Source: Coleofasciculus sp. B1-GNL1-01 (GTDB lineage Bacteria > Cyanobacteriota > Cyanobacteriia > Cyanobacteriales > Coleofasciculaceae). From it: 64,000 nucleotides of DNA. Where the stretch lies: the NCBI GenBank assembly GCA_040220235.1, contig JAVJTO010000053.1. The stretch is one strand, 5' to 3'. The notes below the pieces were generated by a model. That model was not told the DNA's origin. It saw only the letters and a program-made list of their open reading frames with translations, and ran no database searches. Positions 1 to 11,400 of this stretch are shown one piece after another. The position numbers and the translations under genes were made by a program. The first letter of the stretch is position 1. Each line of letters starts with the position of its first letter.

Positions 1-1
1 G

Positions 2-955
2 GGTTGGGACAACGCCCTCTCATTCTTTAACAGCGATATTCGACCGCTACTGAATAGTAATTATTTTCGACCCACCGACGAAAATGGTCAACTCGTGGAT
101 AACTTCTGGCGTATTGACCTTTATTTTATTGCCTTTTTTGGGATTGAGCTTTTATTCCGTACCTTCTTCATGTCTCGACGCCAAGAGAAGTTGACATGGG
201 GAGATGCCCTCTGGCGGCGCTGGTACGACATGCTGCTGCTGCTTCCCACCTGGCGCTGGTTACGGATTATTCCGGTATCTGTGCGATCGCATCAATCGGG
301 ATTGTTCAATATGGAGCGAATTTTAGCACAAGTCACCCATGAACCAGCAGCATATTTGGCAGATCGGGTATCCATGTTTTTAATGGTGCGACTGATTAAT
401 CAAACCAAAGATTCTGTTGATAAAGGAGATATGGCGCGTGCCATCTTGCAACCTGAGACGTATGTTCAAGTTAGCGATATTAATAAAGTCGATGCCATCA
501 CCGATCGCCTCTTAGAACTCTCTATTTATAAAGTTTTACCCCAAGTTCAACCCGATTTACAGGCATTATTGCATCATAGTCTCAAAGGAGCGCTACAACA
601 GTCAGATTTTTACACCGGATTGCGACAAGTTCCGGGAATGAAAGGGTTGCCCAAAGAGGTTATGGAAAACCTTGCCAATTATTTAGCCCAAGCCACTTAT
701 GAAGTCTTAGCCACCTCCTACTCTGATCTGCAAGGGCGACAACTATTTGACCAACTGAGTCACAATTTTAAGCATGTCCTGCGGGAAGAACTACAGGATG
801 AGGCAACCCAGTTAGAACTTCAGTCGTTGCTGTCTGACTTGTTAGAAGAATTGAAAATTAATTATGTGCAGCGTTCAACTGATGAAGATCCGGAAGCCAC
901 TTTAGAAGAAGCCGATCAACTGCGTCAAGAGATGGAAACTCCCCCAACTCAGTAG
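2..955 (+). CDS. Conserved cyanobacterial membrane-associated hypothetical protein, 5'-truncated by the window edge
   Basis: Frame is open from position 2 (GWDNALSFFNSDIRP...) to TAG at 953-955; hydrophobic segment followed by a helical region. Confidence 0.7.
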   Translation, partial: GWDNALSFFNSDIRPLLNSNYFRPTDENGQLVDNFWRIDLYFIAFFGIELLFRTFFMSRRQEKLTWGDALWRRWYDMLLLLPTWRWLRIIPVSVRSHQSGLFNMERILAQVTHEPAAYLADRVSMFLMVRLINQTKDSVDKGDMARAILQPETYVQVSDINKVDAITDRLLELSIYKVLPQVQPDLQALLHHSLKGALQQSDFYTGLRQVPGMKGLPKEVMENLANYLAQATYEVLATSYSDLQGRQLFDQLSHNFKHVLREELQDEATQLELQSLLSDLLEELKINYVQRSTDEDPEATLEEADQLRQEMETPPTQ

Positions 956-1052
956 TTCTCCATGAGTGATGAAATTGCCCTCAATATCGTGGACAATCAA
1001 CGATAAGCGACGATTTCAGTGTTAAGTTTTATAGAGTAGAAACGCGATCGCA

Positions 1053-1724
1053 ATGGATTATCCTGATATTGATATTGCTCCTCTGATTGATCATGCCCTC
1101 CTCTCGCCCACGGCGACACCCGAACAGGTAGAAAAATGTTGTCGTCAGGCAGATCGATTTCGGTTTGCCACAGTCTGTGTCTATCCAGTCTATGTCAAAC
1201 TGGCGGCGGAACTCTTACATAACAAAGCTCCCAACGTCTGTACCGTGATTGGCTTTCCCACTGGCGCTACTACAACTGCGGCTAAACTCTACGAAGCCCA
1301 AGAAGCGGTAGAAAATGGCGCGACTGAATTGGATGTCGTGCTTCATTTAGGGGCATTAAAAACGGGGAACACTGATGCTATCTATCGCGAAATTGCCCAA
1401 ATCTGCGAGGAAACCGGGCAAACCGTCAAAGTTATCTTGGAAACAACGCTTTTAACTGACACTGAAAAACAACTCGCCGCCGAAATTTGCATTGATGCTG
1501 GAGCGCAATTTCTCAAAACCAGTACAGGTTGGCATGGAGGTGCAACGGTGTCAGATGTCAAATTCTTGAAAGACTTGACAAAAGGACAAATCGGAATTAA
1601 AGCTTCAGGAGGTATCCGCACCATCGAACAAGCGTTAGATTTAGTCATAGCCGGAGCAACCCGACTAGGAACCTCTCGTGGACCAGAGTTGTTGCAACAG
1701 CGTGAGGAAAAAGATGAAGAATGA
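1053..1724 (+). CDS. deoC: Deoxyribose-phosphate aldolase
   Basis: [41 protein letters not shown] motifs. Confidence 0.97.
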   Translation: MDYPDIDIAPLIDHALLSPTATPEQVEKCCRQADRFRFATVCVYPVYVKLAAELLHNKAPNVCTVIGFPTGATTTAAKLYEAQEAVENGATELDVVLHLGALKTGNTDAIYREIAQICEETGQTVKVILETTLLTDTEKQLAAEICIDAGAQFLKTSTGWHGGATVSDVKFLKDLTKGQIGIKASGGIRTIEQALDLVIAGATRLGTSRGPELLQQREEKDEE

Positions 1725-1736
1725 AAAGGTACAGTC

Positions 1737-1867
1737 TGTAGGGGCGGGTTTAGGGATTAATATTGATTGTTGTTATCAACGTTTCTACAAAACCCGCCCT
1801 GACCGAGGTGTAGGGGGGATTTGACGACTAACATTTTTTGCCACCCAGATGTGACTAAACCCACCCT
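1737..1867. repeat. Two GTAG-type REP doublets (TGTAGGGGCGGGTTT...AAACCCGCCC), the second degenerate
   Basis: Inverted arms; the same family recurs at 7890, 37723, 40255 and 58383. Confidence 0.85.
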
Positions 1868-1875
1868 GACCAATA

Positions 1876-1923
1876 AACCATGAACTATGAACCATGAACC
1901 ATGAACAATAAACCATGAACCAT
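1876..1923 (+). repeat. Heptamer tandem repeat (AACCATG)n, STRR-like
   Basis: Directly visible; runs into the recO start codon. Confidence 0.8.
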
Positions 1924-2791
1924 GACAAAAACCTATAACGCCACTGGAATTAATCTAAAAAGTATGCCGCTAGGTGAAGCCGATCGCCTAGTCACGATTT
2001 TAACGCCAGAGTGGGGATTGATTCGGGTAGTGGCACCAGGTTCCCGCAAACAGAACTCGAAATTGGCGGGTAGAATGGGCTTGTTTGTCGTGAATCAGTT
2101 ACTGATCTACAAAGGGCGATCGCTTGATAAAATTACTCAAGCTGAAACCTTGGAATCCTATCCGGGATTGGCGAAGGATTTAGGGAAACTAGCAGCTAGT
2201 CAGTACCTAGCGGAATTAGTCTTGTGTCATGCTCTAAGTGAGCAACCCCAAGCCGAATTGTACGCTTTATTTAATGAGCATCTGCGGCGATTGGAACAGT
2301 TACCCCCATTAAGCAGCAGTTCCTCCGGTACATCCCTCCTTTTGGCACACCTTTGCCAGGGGATTTTTCACCTATTGGCGTTAGCTGGGATTGCGCCGCA
2401 AGTGCAACAGTGTTGTATCTCTCAGCACCCGATTCAGCCTGATTTTACGGATCAGAATTGGCACGTCGGGTTTAGTGTGGAGGCGGGGGGAACCTATACT
2501 TTGGCAGTAGAGGCATCTCAACCTGAGAATCGGTTCCATCCCGTTACTAACCGTAGTCAGGGAGTGGCTCAATCCCCTTTACCCCGCTTAACCTGTAAAC
2601 TGAATGCCGTTGAATTGACAATAGTACAACAACTCGCGGCGGCGGAGTTATCCCAGGCATCCCTAGGCGCGATCGCTCCCCTCTGGGTAAAAGTGGAGCG
2701 CATGTTACGGGATTATGCCCAGTATCACTTTGGTCGTTCCATTCGTTCAGCTACGTTAGTAGACGCCTTGGCGATGTCTGCCGAATCATAG
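1922..2791 (+). CDS. recO: DNA repair protein RecO
   Basis: [27 protein letters not shown]-terminus; cyanobacterial deoC-recO synteny. Confidence 0.95.
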   Translation: MTKTYNATGINLKSMPLGEADRLVTILTPEWGLIRVVAPGSRKQNSKLAGRMGLFVVNQLLIYKGRSLDKITQAETLESYPGLAKDLGKLAASQYLAELVLCHALSEQPQAELYALFNEHLRRLEQLPPLSSSSSGTSLLLAHLCQGIFHLLALAGIAPQVQQCCISQHPIQPDFTDQNWHVGFSVEAGGTYTLAVEASQPENRFHPVTNRSQGVAQSPLPRLTCKLNAVELTIVQQLAAAELSQASLGAIAPLWVKVERMLRDYAQYHFGRSIRSATLVDALAMSAES

Positions 2792-2834
2792 ACCCGCCAT
2801 ACATAATTTACGGACACCGCGTATCTTTAGACAA

Positions 2835-2895
2835 GGGCGAGTCGAGACAGGTTAATTCTCACACCGCCATATTTGTGCAGCGACTCGCCCCTACA
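2835..2895. repeat. REP doublet variant (GGGCGAGTCG...CGACTCGCCCCTACA)
   Basis: 10-bp perfect inverted arms ending in CTACA. Confidence 0.75.
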
Positions 2896-2959
2896 ACCGC
2901 ACTAATCCCGAACATCCTGCAAATCATGGCAATCGATTCCCTATAAATAATTTGTGGTC

Positions 2960-3073
2960 TAATTTAGCATCTGTCCACAAACGAACATAGACGGTTTTTA
3001 CGGCGAAAGCCGTCCTCCACGAAGTCAAAAGCCCACACTCTACCTGGATAGAGGTGAACCCTGGGTAGTTCAC
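2960..3073 (+). mobile_element. IS200/IS605 (TnpB-type) right-end remnant, omega-RNA-like
   Basis: ACGGC-GAAA-GCCGT hairpin, then GAAG...AAGCCCACACTCTACC...TGGGTAGTTCAC resembling cyanobacterial IS605 ends; no tnpB ORF. Confidence 0.5.
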
Positions 3074-3183
3074 ATGCGATGATAGAGAAAGTGTAGTTTC
3101 ATACAAAACCGATCAAAATACCTGGAGTGGACGATTCACCCATTGGGGTTGATCAGCCACAGCAGCCAACTGAAGAGTAAAGA

Positions 3184-4629
3184 ATGCGATTATCTGAATC
3201 TGAATCCAAACGAGTTAACCAACATCCTGTCCAAAAAAAGTCATCGTCTGCGACTAAGCGCAATTATCGAGAACCTCACCAGCCGCCGCGTCAAACAGAG
3301 AACATCCCAGCGAAAACGGCTGAACCGACTGCTGAAGCAGGCAAACGGGGGTTTGTACCCGTTCTGAAAAATGGTAATTTCTTAACCTTATGGAGTGGTC
3401 AGGTTTTTTCTCAGCTTGCCGATAAAATCTATCTGGTGTTGATGATTGCCTTGATTGCTAGCCACTTTCAGGCGGCGGGAACCAGTATCAGTGGTTGGGT
3501 TTCAGCCTTGATGATTGCCTTCACGATTCCGGCTGTCCTGTTTGGTTCCCTGGCGGGGGTATTCGTGGATCGCTGGTCAAAAAAGGCGGTACTTGTCTCA
3601 ACGAATCTGCTGCGAGGTGTCTTGGTTTGGTCAGTTCCGGCGGTGTTATGGCTGACTCAGGATTGGAGTCCCATCTATAAGTTGCCCGTCGGCTTCTATG
3701 GCTTGTTGATTATTACATTCTTGGTGTCCACCTTAACCCAGTTTTTTGCTCCGGCTGAACAAGCGGTTATTCCGTTGATTGTCAAGCGTCATCATTTGCT
3801 CTCGGCGAATTCCCTTTATACCACGACGATGATGGCATCCTTGATTATTGGATTTGCCGTAGGTGATCCGTTATTAGCCTTGACCGATAAATTGGTGGCG
3901 CAGTTAGGGATTGATTGGCAATTTGGCAAGGAATTGGTTGTCGGTGGGGGGTATGCGATCGCGGGATTGTTGCTGCTAGTGCTGAGAACAGGTGAAAACA
4001 CTGAACCGACTGAAGGTGAAACTCCTCACGTTTTTGCCGATATCTGGGATGGACTGCTTTATCTCAAACGGCAACGGCGCGTCCGCAATGCCATGATTCA
4101 ATTAATCATTTTATTCTCCATTTTCGCCGCCTTAGCTGTGTTAGCGGTACGACTCGCCGAAACCCTTCCAGGGATGAAAGCCTCCCAATTTGGTTTCTTG
4201 TTGGCAATGGGTGGTATTGGAATGGCTGCTGGTGCGGCGATTCTGGGGAATTGGGGTCAGCATTTTACCCACAATCGCTTGAGTCTCTATGGATCAATCG
4301 GCATGTCAGCAGCGCTAGTGGGATTATCGGTATTTACTCATAGTCTCTGGATGGCGTTAGGAATGACCGCCCTGTTGGGGATGTGTGGCGCGATGGTAGG
4401 GATTCCCATGCAAACCACGATTCAAGCCGAAACCCCGGAAGAGATGCGGGGGAAGGTCTTTGGACTGCAAAATAATGGCGTGAATATTGCCCTGAGTCTG
4501 CCCTTAGCCTTAGCGGGTTTAGCCGAAACCTGGCTGGGTTTAACCCCTGTCTTATTCAGTTTAGCCATAATTGCGATCGCGGGAGGGGGCATAAACTGGT
4601 ATATTTCCGATACAGGATCAGCGAGGTGA
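3184..4629 (+). CDS. MFS transporter
   Basis: About 12 TM segments; motif A-like GVFVDRWSKK; EMRGKVFG. Confidence 0.92.
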   Translation: MRLSESESKRVNQHPVQKKSSSATKRNYREPHQPPRQTENIPAKTAEPTAEAGKRGFVPVLKNGNFLTLWSGQVFSQLADKIYLVLMIALIASHFQAAGTSISGWVSALMIAFTIPAVLFGSLAGVFVDRWSKKAVLVSTNLLRGVLVWSVPAVLWLTQDWSPIYKLPVGFYGLLIITFLVSTLTQFFAPAEQAVIPLIVKRHHLLSANSLYTTTMMASLIIGFAVGDPLLALTDKLVAQLGIDWQFGKELVVGGGYAIAGLLLLVLRTGENTEPTEGETPHVFADIWDGLLYLKRQRRVRNAMIQLIILFSIFAALAVLAVRLAETLPGMKASQFGFLLAMGGIGMAAGAAILGNWGQHFTHNRLSLYGSIGMSAALVGLSVFTHSLWMALGMTALLGMCGAMVGIPMQTTIQAETPEEMRGKVFGLQNNGVNIALSLPLALAGLAETWLGLTPVLFSLAIIAIAGGGINWYISDTGSAR

Positions 4630-4667
4630 ACCCACGCTGACCAATAGAGACTCACGATTCAACTTGA

Positions 4668-5831
4668 ATGCATATCGCCTGGATCGGAAAAAAATCACCC
4701 TTTTGTGGCAATGTTACTTATGGTCGAGAAGTGACAAATGCTTTACTAGACCGAGGATACCAAGTTAGTTTTCTCCATTTCGCCCAAGAGGAAACCGCCG
4801 CAGATCCCCTGTGTTTGGGTTGTCAGGAGGTCTCCCTCCCTTGTTTGTACAAGTCCCAAGTTTATACAATTCCCTCACCCAAAGCGAGTAAGGTTTTAAA
4901 ACAGGCTTTACAGCAACTGCGCCCGGATTTAGTCCATGCGTCTCTTACTTTGTCTCCCTTAGATTTTCTGCTTCCAGAAATCTGTGAAGACCTGAATTTA
5001 CCCCTGGTTGCCACATTTCATCCCCCCTTTGATGGCAAACGCCGCAATTTAAAGTCGGGTACCCAACTGGTTGCTTATCAACTCTATGCCCCGTTTTTGG
5101 CACATTATGATCGCGTAATTATCTTTTCTCAACTGCAACGGGATTTGCTGGTGCGTTTGGGAGTTCCTCGCCATAAACTCGCCGTAATTCCCAATGGAGT
5201 TGATGTGCAGAAATATGCTCCTGGCACATCGAGTTTGAAATTAAAATTTGATGCCCAACGTCTTTTTGTTTATCAAGGTCGCATTGCTACAGAAAAAAAT
5301 GTAGAGGCGTTACTCAAGGCGTGGAAACAGTCGGAAATGGGCGATTGCTGTAAGCTTTTGATTGTCGGGAATGGACCTCTGGTTCCCACGTTAAGACCTT
5401 TTTATGATAGATACGATGGGATTCTCTGGTTAGGATTTGTGGCAGATGAACAGCAGCGGATTGAGATTCTGCAAGCCGCCGATGTATTTATTTTGCCGTC
5501 GTTATTAGAAGGACTCTCCTTATCATTACTCGAAGCCATGGCTTGTGGTTTGGCTTGTGTCGCCACCGATGCGGGGGCGGATGGTGAGGTTTTAGAAGGT
5601 GGTGCGGGTATTATTCTTAATACCCATCGGGTCACGTCTCAATTGAATACGCTATTGCCCTTGTTACGAGATCATACGGAATGGACAACGCTTCTGGGTC
5701 AAAAAGCTAGAGCTAGAGTTTTAGAACGCTATACCCTGAGTGGGAATATTAGTCAATTAGAAATTTTATATAAAGAGGTGTTGAAAGGGACTCAGACTTG
5801 TGCGCCCCACACAAGTACCTCATCGTTATAA
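4668..5831 (+). CDS. dgdA: GT4 glycosyltransferase, probable digalactosyldiacylglycerol synthase
   Basis: MHIAWIGKKSPFCGNVTYGRE N-terminus; EGLSLSLLEAMACG GT4 motif; recO-MFS-GT4 synteny. Confidence 0.8.
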   Translation: MHIAWIGKKSPFCGNVTYGREVTNALLDRGYQVSFLHFAQEETAADPLCLGCQEVSLPCLYKSQVYTIPSPKASKVLKQALQQLRPDLVHASLTLSPLDFLLPEICEDLNLPLVATFHPPFDGKRRNLKSGTQLVAYQLYAPFLAHYDRVIIFSQLQRDLLVRLGVPRHKLAVIPNGVDVQKYAPGTSSLKLKFDAQRLFVYQGRIATEKNVEALLKAWKQSEMGDCCKLLIVGNGPLVPTLRPFYDRYDGILWLGFVADEQQRIEILQAADVFILPSLLEGLSLSLLEAMACGLACVATDAGADGEVLEGGAGIILNTHRVTSQLNTLLPLLRDHTEWTTLLGQKARARVLERYTLSGNISQLEILYKEVLKGTQTCAPHTSTSSL

Positions 5832-5844
5832 GCAATGCCAATGC

Positions 5845-6070
5845 GGGAGAGGGGGAGGGCAGAGGGAGCTGGGGGGCAGAGGGAGCTGGGGGAGCTGGGG
5901 GAGCTGGGGGAGCAGAGGGAGATGAGGGAGATGAGGGAGATGAGGGAGATGAGGGAGATGAGGGAGATAGGGAAGTTAACTCAAAATGCTTACCTGTTCC
6001 CTGTTCCCTTACGAATGACCAATGACCAATGACCAATGACCAATGACCAATGACCAATGACAAATGACCT
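5845..6070. repeat. Compound tandem repeat: purine-rich 9-mers (GGGAGCTGG/GGGAGATGA) then (AATGACC)n
   Basis: Directly visible arrays. Confidence 0.9.
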
Positions 6071-6333
6071 AAATCACTCTGTTGGATGAGTCCAATGGGT
6101 GATGTTGAAGTCGTTACTCTTGTCATATCGTAAAGAAAGGTTACATTTCCCTTATCTGCCAGACGTATCGTGGCACGTCTCTACATCAATTCCCTATTTC
6201 TCCCAGCTTCCCCCACCAACCGCCTGGTCAAGATTGCGCTACAATGTAAAGTAGTGTTAAGTAAAGTAACCAGATATTCATCAACTTAATCTTTACAAAA
6301 CTAGCGACCTCGATCCGTCCAAGAGGAATAACA

Positions 6334-7833
6334 GTGACTCAGACAGCACCAAATCCCAAGAAAAGCCAGTTAAATCGTTCTCCTATCGCCAAGCCTGCCG
6401 AACTCAAACAGGATGTCGATATCGTCTTCTATCTACCTGAAGCAGAACCCGACACTTATGAACAGGATGCAGGTTCCTCTTCCCTACCTGGAACTGAGAA
6501 CGCCCAAAAAGGCTGGCTATCTGGCGGGAAAGGGCTGTTTTTAGGCATCGGGATTGGTGTCCTCTTAGCGTTAGGGGCGACGCGCTTAGTCTCGTCTCAA
6601 CAAGCAGACGCCCCAACCGCAGCCCCCCCTGTCGCCACATCATCTGCCCCTAGTCAAAGCGTAACTGTAGCCCAAGTGACATCCGAGAGTGTCAACCGCC
6701 GCTTAGACGCCACTGGAAGTGTCGCCGCTTTTGAAATGAGTCCCGTCCTGTCTCAGGCGACAGGGTTGCAGATTCAACAGGTGTTGGTGGAAGAAGGACA
6801 AGTTGTCAAAACTGGACAATTGTTAGCCCGCCTCGATGATTCGGTACTCCAGGCACAATTAAGTCAAGCCCAAGCCTCCGTCGCCCAAGCAGAAGCCCGC
6901 CTCGCGGAACTCCGGGCGGGTTCCCGTAGCGAAGAAATTGCCCGGGCTAAAGAAGCGGTGAGAAGCGCTGAATCTGCTGTTGCAGCCGCTGAGTCAGACT
7001 TAGAATTAGCCAGAACCCGGGTCGATCGCAATAAAATACTCCAAGCTGAAGGGGCGATTGCCCGCGATCGCTTAGATGAAGTCTACAATCAAGAACGCAG
7101 TAGCCGTTCCCAACTAGAACAAGCACAAGCCCGGTTACGAGAAGCCAACCAGCAACTTGCCCAACTTCAGGCTGGACCTAGGCGGGAAGTGATTACTCAA
7201 GCCGAAGCCCAACTCGCCCAGGCACAGGCACAGGTACAATCCACGATGGCACAACTCAACAACACCCGCATCGTGGCTCCTGTGAGTGGTAAAATAGCCG
7301 AACGCAATGCCCGTGTGGGAGATGTCACCTCTGGTTCCCAAACTCTATTCAAAATCATCGAAAATGGACGTTTAGAACTGATTGCCACTGTTCCTGAAAC
7401 CCAACTTCCCCAAATTAAACCGGGACAATCGGTAACGATTACCTCTGACGCAGATAGTAGTTTACAACTGTCGGGTAAAGTTCGGGAAATTGACCCGATG
7501 ATTGATGAAGCCTCCCGTCAGGCGCAGGTGAAGATCGATTTACCTGCCTCAGCATCATTAAAACCGGGTATGTTTTTACGGGCGTCGATTACCACCTCAG
7601 CCGCCCAAGGGTTAACGTTACCTGCCAAAGCTATTTTGCCTCAAAGTGACGGTAGTGCGATCGCCTATATAGTGCAACCCGATAATACGGTTAAAGCCCA
7701 GTCTGTAGAGGTGGGTGAACTTCTGAGTGATAATCAGGTGGAAATTAAAAGTGGGTTGTCTGTAGGCGATCGCGTGGTGGTTAAGGGTGCCGCTTATTTA
7801 AAAGATGGTGATCAGGTTGATGTTGTTAATTAG
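6334..7833 (+). CDS. RND efflux periplasmic adaptor (membrane fusion protein)
   Basis: TM anchor, lipoyl-like halves (VLVEEGQVVKTGQLL; IVAPVSGKI), long coiled coil, LKPGMF. Confidence 0.93.
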   Translation: MTQTAPNPKKSQLNRSPIAKPAELKQDVDIVFYLPEAEPDTYEQDAGSSSLPGTENAQKGWLSGGKGLFLGIGIGVLLALGATRLVSSQQADAPTAAPPVATSSAPSQSVTVAQVTSESVNRRLDATGSVAAFEMSPVLSQATGLQIQQVLVEEGQVVKTGQLLARLDDSVLQAQLSQAQASVAQAEARLAELRAGSRSEEIARAKEAVRSAESAVAAAESDLELARTRVDRNKILQAEGAIARDRLDEVYNQERSSRSQLEQAQARLREANQQLAQLQAGPRREVITQAEAQLAQAQAQVQSTMAQLNNTRIVAPVSGKIAERNARVGDVTSGSQTLFKIIENGRLELIATVPETQLPQIKPGQSVTITSDADSSLQLSGKVREIDPMIDEASRQAQVKIDLPASASLKPGMFLRASITTSAAQGLTLPAKAILPQSDGSAIAYIVQPDNTVKAQSVEVGELLSDNQVEIKSGLSVGDRVVVKGAAYLKDGDQVDVVN

Positions 7834-7889
7834 TGTAAGTTGTAGGGGATAATGTTTCAAATGTGCCATGGTACGTTTGGAATCAAGGC

Positions 7890-8021
7890 TGTAGGGGCGG
7901 GTTTTACGGATAACGTTTGGCAGGGAACTTTTAACTTAACTAAACCCGCCCTTGATGCTAAACGGCGCTAATACAGTCAGGAACTCCACGGCTAAGAGAC
8001 GCGCCATGGCGCGTCTCTACA
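7890..8021. repeat. REP doublet plus palindrome AGAGACGCGCCATGGCGCGTCTCTACA
   Basis: Inverted repeats directly visible. Confidence 0.8.
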
Positions 8022-8047
8022 AATATCGCAGTTTTGTACATGGGAAG

Positions 8048-8419
8048 ATGAATAGTCAGAGTTATCTGGATTTGCCCGTCTATCAGTTAGCCTTCAATGC
8101 AGCGATGCAAATTTTTGAGATAAGCAAAACATTTCCCGCCGACGAACAATTTTCATTAACGGATAATATCCGCCGTTCCTCACGTTCTGTCTGTGCCAAT
8201 CTAGCACAAGCTTGGTGCAAACGACGTTATGAAGACGAATTTGTTGTTAAGTTGAATGACTTGGAAGCCGAAGTGTCTGAAACTCAGACATTACTTGATT
8301 TTGCGGTAAAATGTGGTTATATAAATCCAGAAATTAATCGAGACATTAATCAAAGTTATAAGCAAATTTTGGAAGCGTTGGTGAATATGATTAAGAATCC
8401 ATCTCTCTGGCTGATGTGA
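8048..8419 (+). CDS. Four-helix-bundle protein (23S rRNA IVP-like family)
   Basis: YLDLPVYQLA, FPADEQFSLTDNIRRSSRSVCANLAQAW, EAEVSETQ; ATG at 8048 preferred because the upstream extension is REP DNA. Confidence 0.88.
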   Translation: MNSQSYLDLPVYQLAFNAAMQIFEISKTFPADEQFSLTDNIRRSSRSVCANLAQAWCKRRYEDEFVVKLNDLEAEVSETQTLLDFAVKCGYINPEINRDINQSYKQILEALVNMIKNPSLWLM

Positions 8420-8468
8420 TACTAACGTTAGATCGGCGCTAAAGCGCAACTACGTACAAACGAAGTTT

Positions 8469-11400
8469 ATGTCTTTTAACCTATCCGCTTGGTCAATTAA
8501 AAAACCTGTTCCGACGATTGTTTTATTCCTAATTTTGGGTATCTTTGGTTTGGTGTCCTTTTTTCGCTTAGGAATTGACAGTAATCCGAATATCGATATT
8601 CCCGCCGTGATGGTGACGGTTACCCAAGCCGGTGCGGGACCCACAGAATTAGAAACTCAAGTCACTAAGAAAATAGAAGATTCGGTGGCGGGGTTAGGAA
8701 ATATTGATGAACTCACCTCCACTGTCACGGAAGGGAGTTCCACCACTACCGTTAGTTTTGTCCTGGGAACGGATAGCGATCGCGCGACGAATGATGTGCG
8801 GAATGCGGTTGCCCAAATTCGTCAGGATTTACCCCAAGATGTGAATGAACCGATTGTCAAGCGCCTAGAGTTTGCGGGCGGTTCGGTTATGACATACTCG
8901 GTGGCGTCTGAGACGCGATCGGTGGAAGAATTAAGTGATTTAGTCGATCGCACGATTAGCCGCGCCCTGCTGAATGTACCCGGAGTGGCGCAAATTGACC
9001 GTTTGGGGGGTGTGGATCGGGAAATTCGGGTTGATCTTGATCCGAGTCGCTTGCAAGCTTATGGGATTACCGCCACCCAAGTCAATGATCAAATTCGCAA
9101 TTTGAATATTGACTTACCCGGAGGGCGGGGAAATGTCGGCGGAAGTGAGCAAAATATTCGGACTCTGGGAAGTGCAGAAACGGTTGCGGAATTACGAAGT
9201 TATCGGATTGTTCTCCCCAATGGCGCGACGGTTCCCTTATCTAGTTTAGGGGAGGTTGAAGATAGTTTTGCCGAACAGCGACAGGCGGCGTCGTTGAATG
9301 GGGAATCCGTGGTGGCTTTTTCAGTGCGGCGGAGTACGGGTAGCACCTTAGTCACCGTGGAAGAAGGGGTGCGTGAAGCTGTTTCAGAATTGGAAAAAAC
9401 CCTACCAGACGATGTAAGTCTGGAACTGATTTTCACCCGTGCCGATGCGATTCGGGATTCCTATCAAGCCACGATTGATGCCTTAATTTTAGCCTGTATT
9501 TTAACAGTGATTGCCGTCGGTTTGTTTTTGCGGGATTGGCGAGTCACACTGATTACGGCTACAGCGTTACCCCTGTCAATTATTCCCACATTTGGGGTGA
9601 TGAAACTGTTGGGGTACACCTTAAACGGGATGACATTATTGGCATTAGCCTTAGCCGTGGGGAACTTGGTTGATGATGCGATTTGTATGATTGAAAACAT
9701 CGACCAACATTTAGATATGGGCAAAAAGCCCTTTAACGCTGCATTGGATGCTTCACGGGAAATTGGTTTGGCGGTGGTGGCGACAACTGCCACGATTGTG
9801 GCGGTGTTTCTTCCGGTGGCATTTATGGGGGGTGTACCAGGTCAGTTTTTCCAACCCTTTGGGGTTACGGTGGCGGTGTCTACGATGTTTTCTACATTGG
9901 TGGCTTGTACGATGACACCGATGTTGAGTGCCTATTTGCTGAAATCGAAAGGGAATAGGGAACAGAGAACCCTTTCAGGGCAGGCAGGGAACGGGGAACA
10001 GGGACTTAGAAAAAAACGAATTCACCCTTACCGCAATCTACTCACTTGGGCATTACGTCATCGGATTACAACCTTATTAATTGCGGTTGCTTTCTTTATC
10101 GGTAGTTTACAACTGGTGCCGTTAATTCCCAAGGGGTTATTTGATAGTGGGGATACGGGGTTGAGTACAGTGATGGTTGAACTTCCCCCTGGATCAACCT
10201 TGAGTGAAACTGAAGCGATTATGCAACAACTCAACCAGTCGTTGCAAGAAAATCAGGCGGTTGAGAAGGTTTTTACGACGGCGGATCAGATCAATTCGGG
10301 TACAGTCTACGCCAACCTGGTACCTAAAGATGAACGCGAGGTTTCCCAGCAGGAATTTGAACAACAAATGCGCCAGGTGTTCCAAACCATTCCGGGGGCG
10401 CGGATTAGTTTCCAAAGTCAAGGTGCTGGGGGAGGAGGAAAGGATTTATCCATTGTTCTCAAGAGTGAAAATGCCCCAGCGCTGACGCAAACGGCGGAAA
10501 CGTTGGAAAAGCAGATGCGCGATATTCCGGGATTGGTGGAAGTCACTTCCAGTACCAGTTTAGTTAAGCCGGAAATTGTGATTCAGCCTGATCCAGAACG
10601 GGCGGCAGATTTGGGGGTGTCTGTGGGTGCGATCGCCCGAACGGCATCGTTAGCGTTAATTGGCGATAATGAGTCGAATCTGGCAAAGTTTGATTTAGCG
10701 GATCGGCAGATTCCAATTCGGGTACAACTTGATCCAGAAACTCGCGCCGATATTAGTACGCTGAAAAATTTACAGGTTCCCAGTCAAACCGGGAATTTGG
10801 TTCCGATTAGTGCCGTTGCTGATATTCGTTTAGGAAGTGGTCCAGCGCAAATTGACCGTTTTGATCGCAATCGTCAGGTATCGGTGGAAGCGAATTTAGA
10901 GGGGATTTCTCTAGGCGATGCGTTAGAAAAGGTGAAAGCATTACCAGCGATGAATCCCCTCCCGCCCGATGTGGCTGAGGAACCGGCTGGTGATGCCAAG
11001 ATTATGCAGGATATTTTTACCCGATTTGCGACAGCATTAGGGGCGGCGATTCTCTCGATTTATGCGATTCTGGTGTTGCTGTATAGCAATTTCTTGTATC
11101 CATTTGGGATTTTAGTCGCCCTACCGTTATCGATTGGTGGGGCGTTACTGGGGTTGTTAGTCACGCAGAAAGAGTTGGGCTTGTTTGCCTTAATTGGGAT
11201 TGTACTGCTGATGGGATTGGTGACTAAAAATGCAATTTTATTAGTAGACTTTGCTTTGGCGGGGATAAAAGAAGGAAAACCCCAATTTAAGGCAGTTGTT
11301 GAGGCGGGGGTGTCTCGGTTACGCCCAATTTTGATGACCTCAGTGTCTACGATCGCGGGGATGATGCCCATCGCCTTAGAATTAGGTGCAGATGGTGAAG

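Noticed and set aside
1044..1051. Abundant GCGATCGC octamer
   Set aside because: HIP1, a well-known cyanobacterial genome signature
5749..6126. Overlapping low-complexity ORFs (also 37428-37727, 48149-48424, 56311-56529)
   Set aside because: Translations of tandem repeats
6130..6144. NtcA-like site GTA...TAC upstream of the RND operon
   Set aside because: Spacer is 9 nt, not the canonical 8
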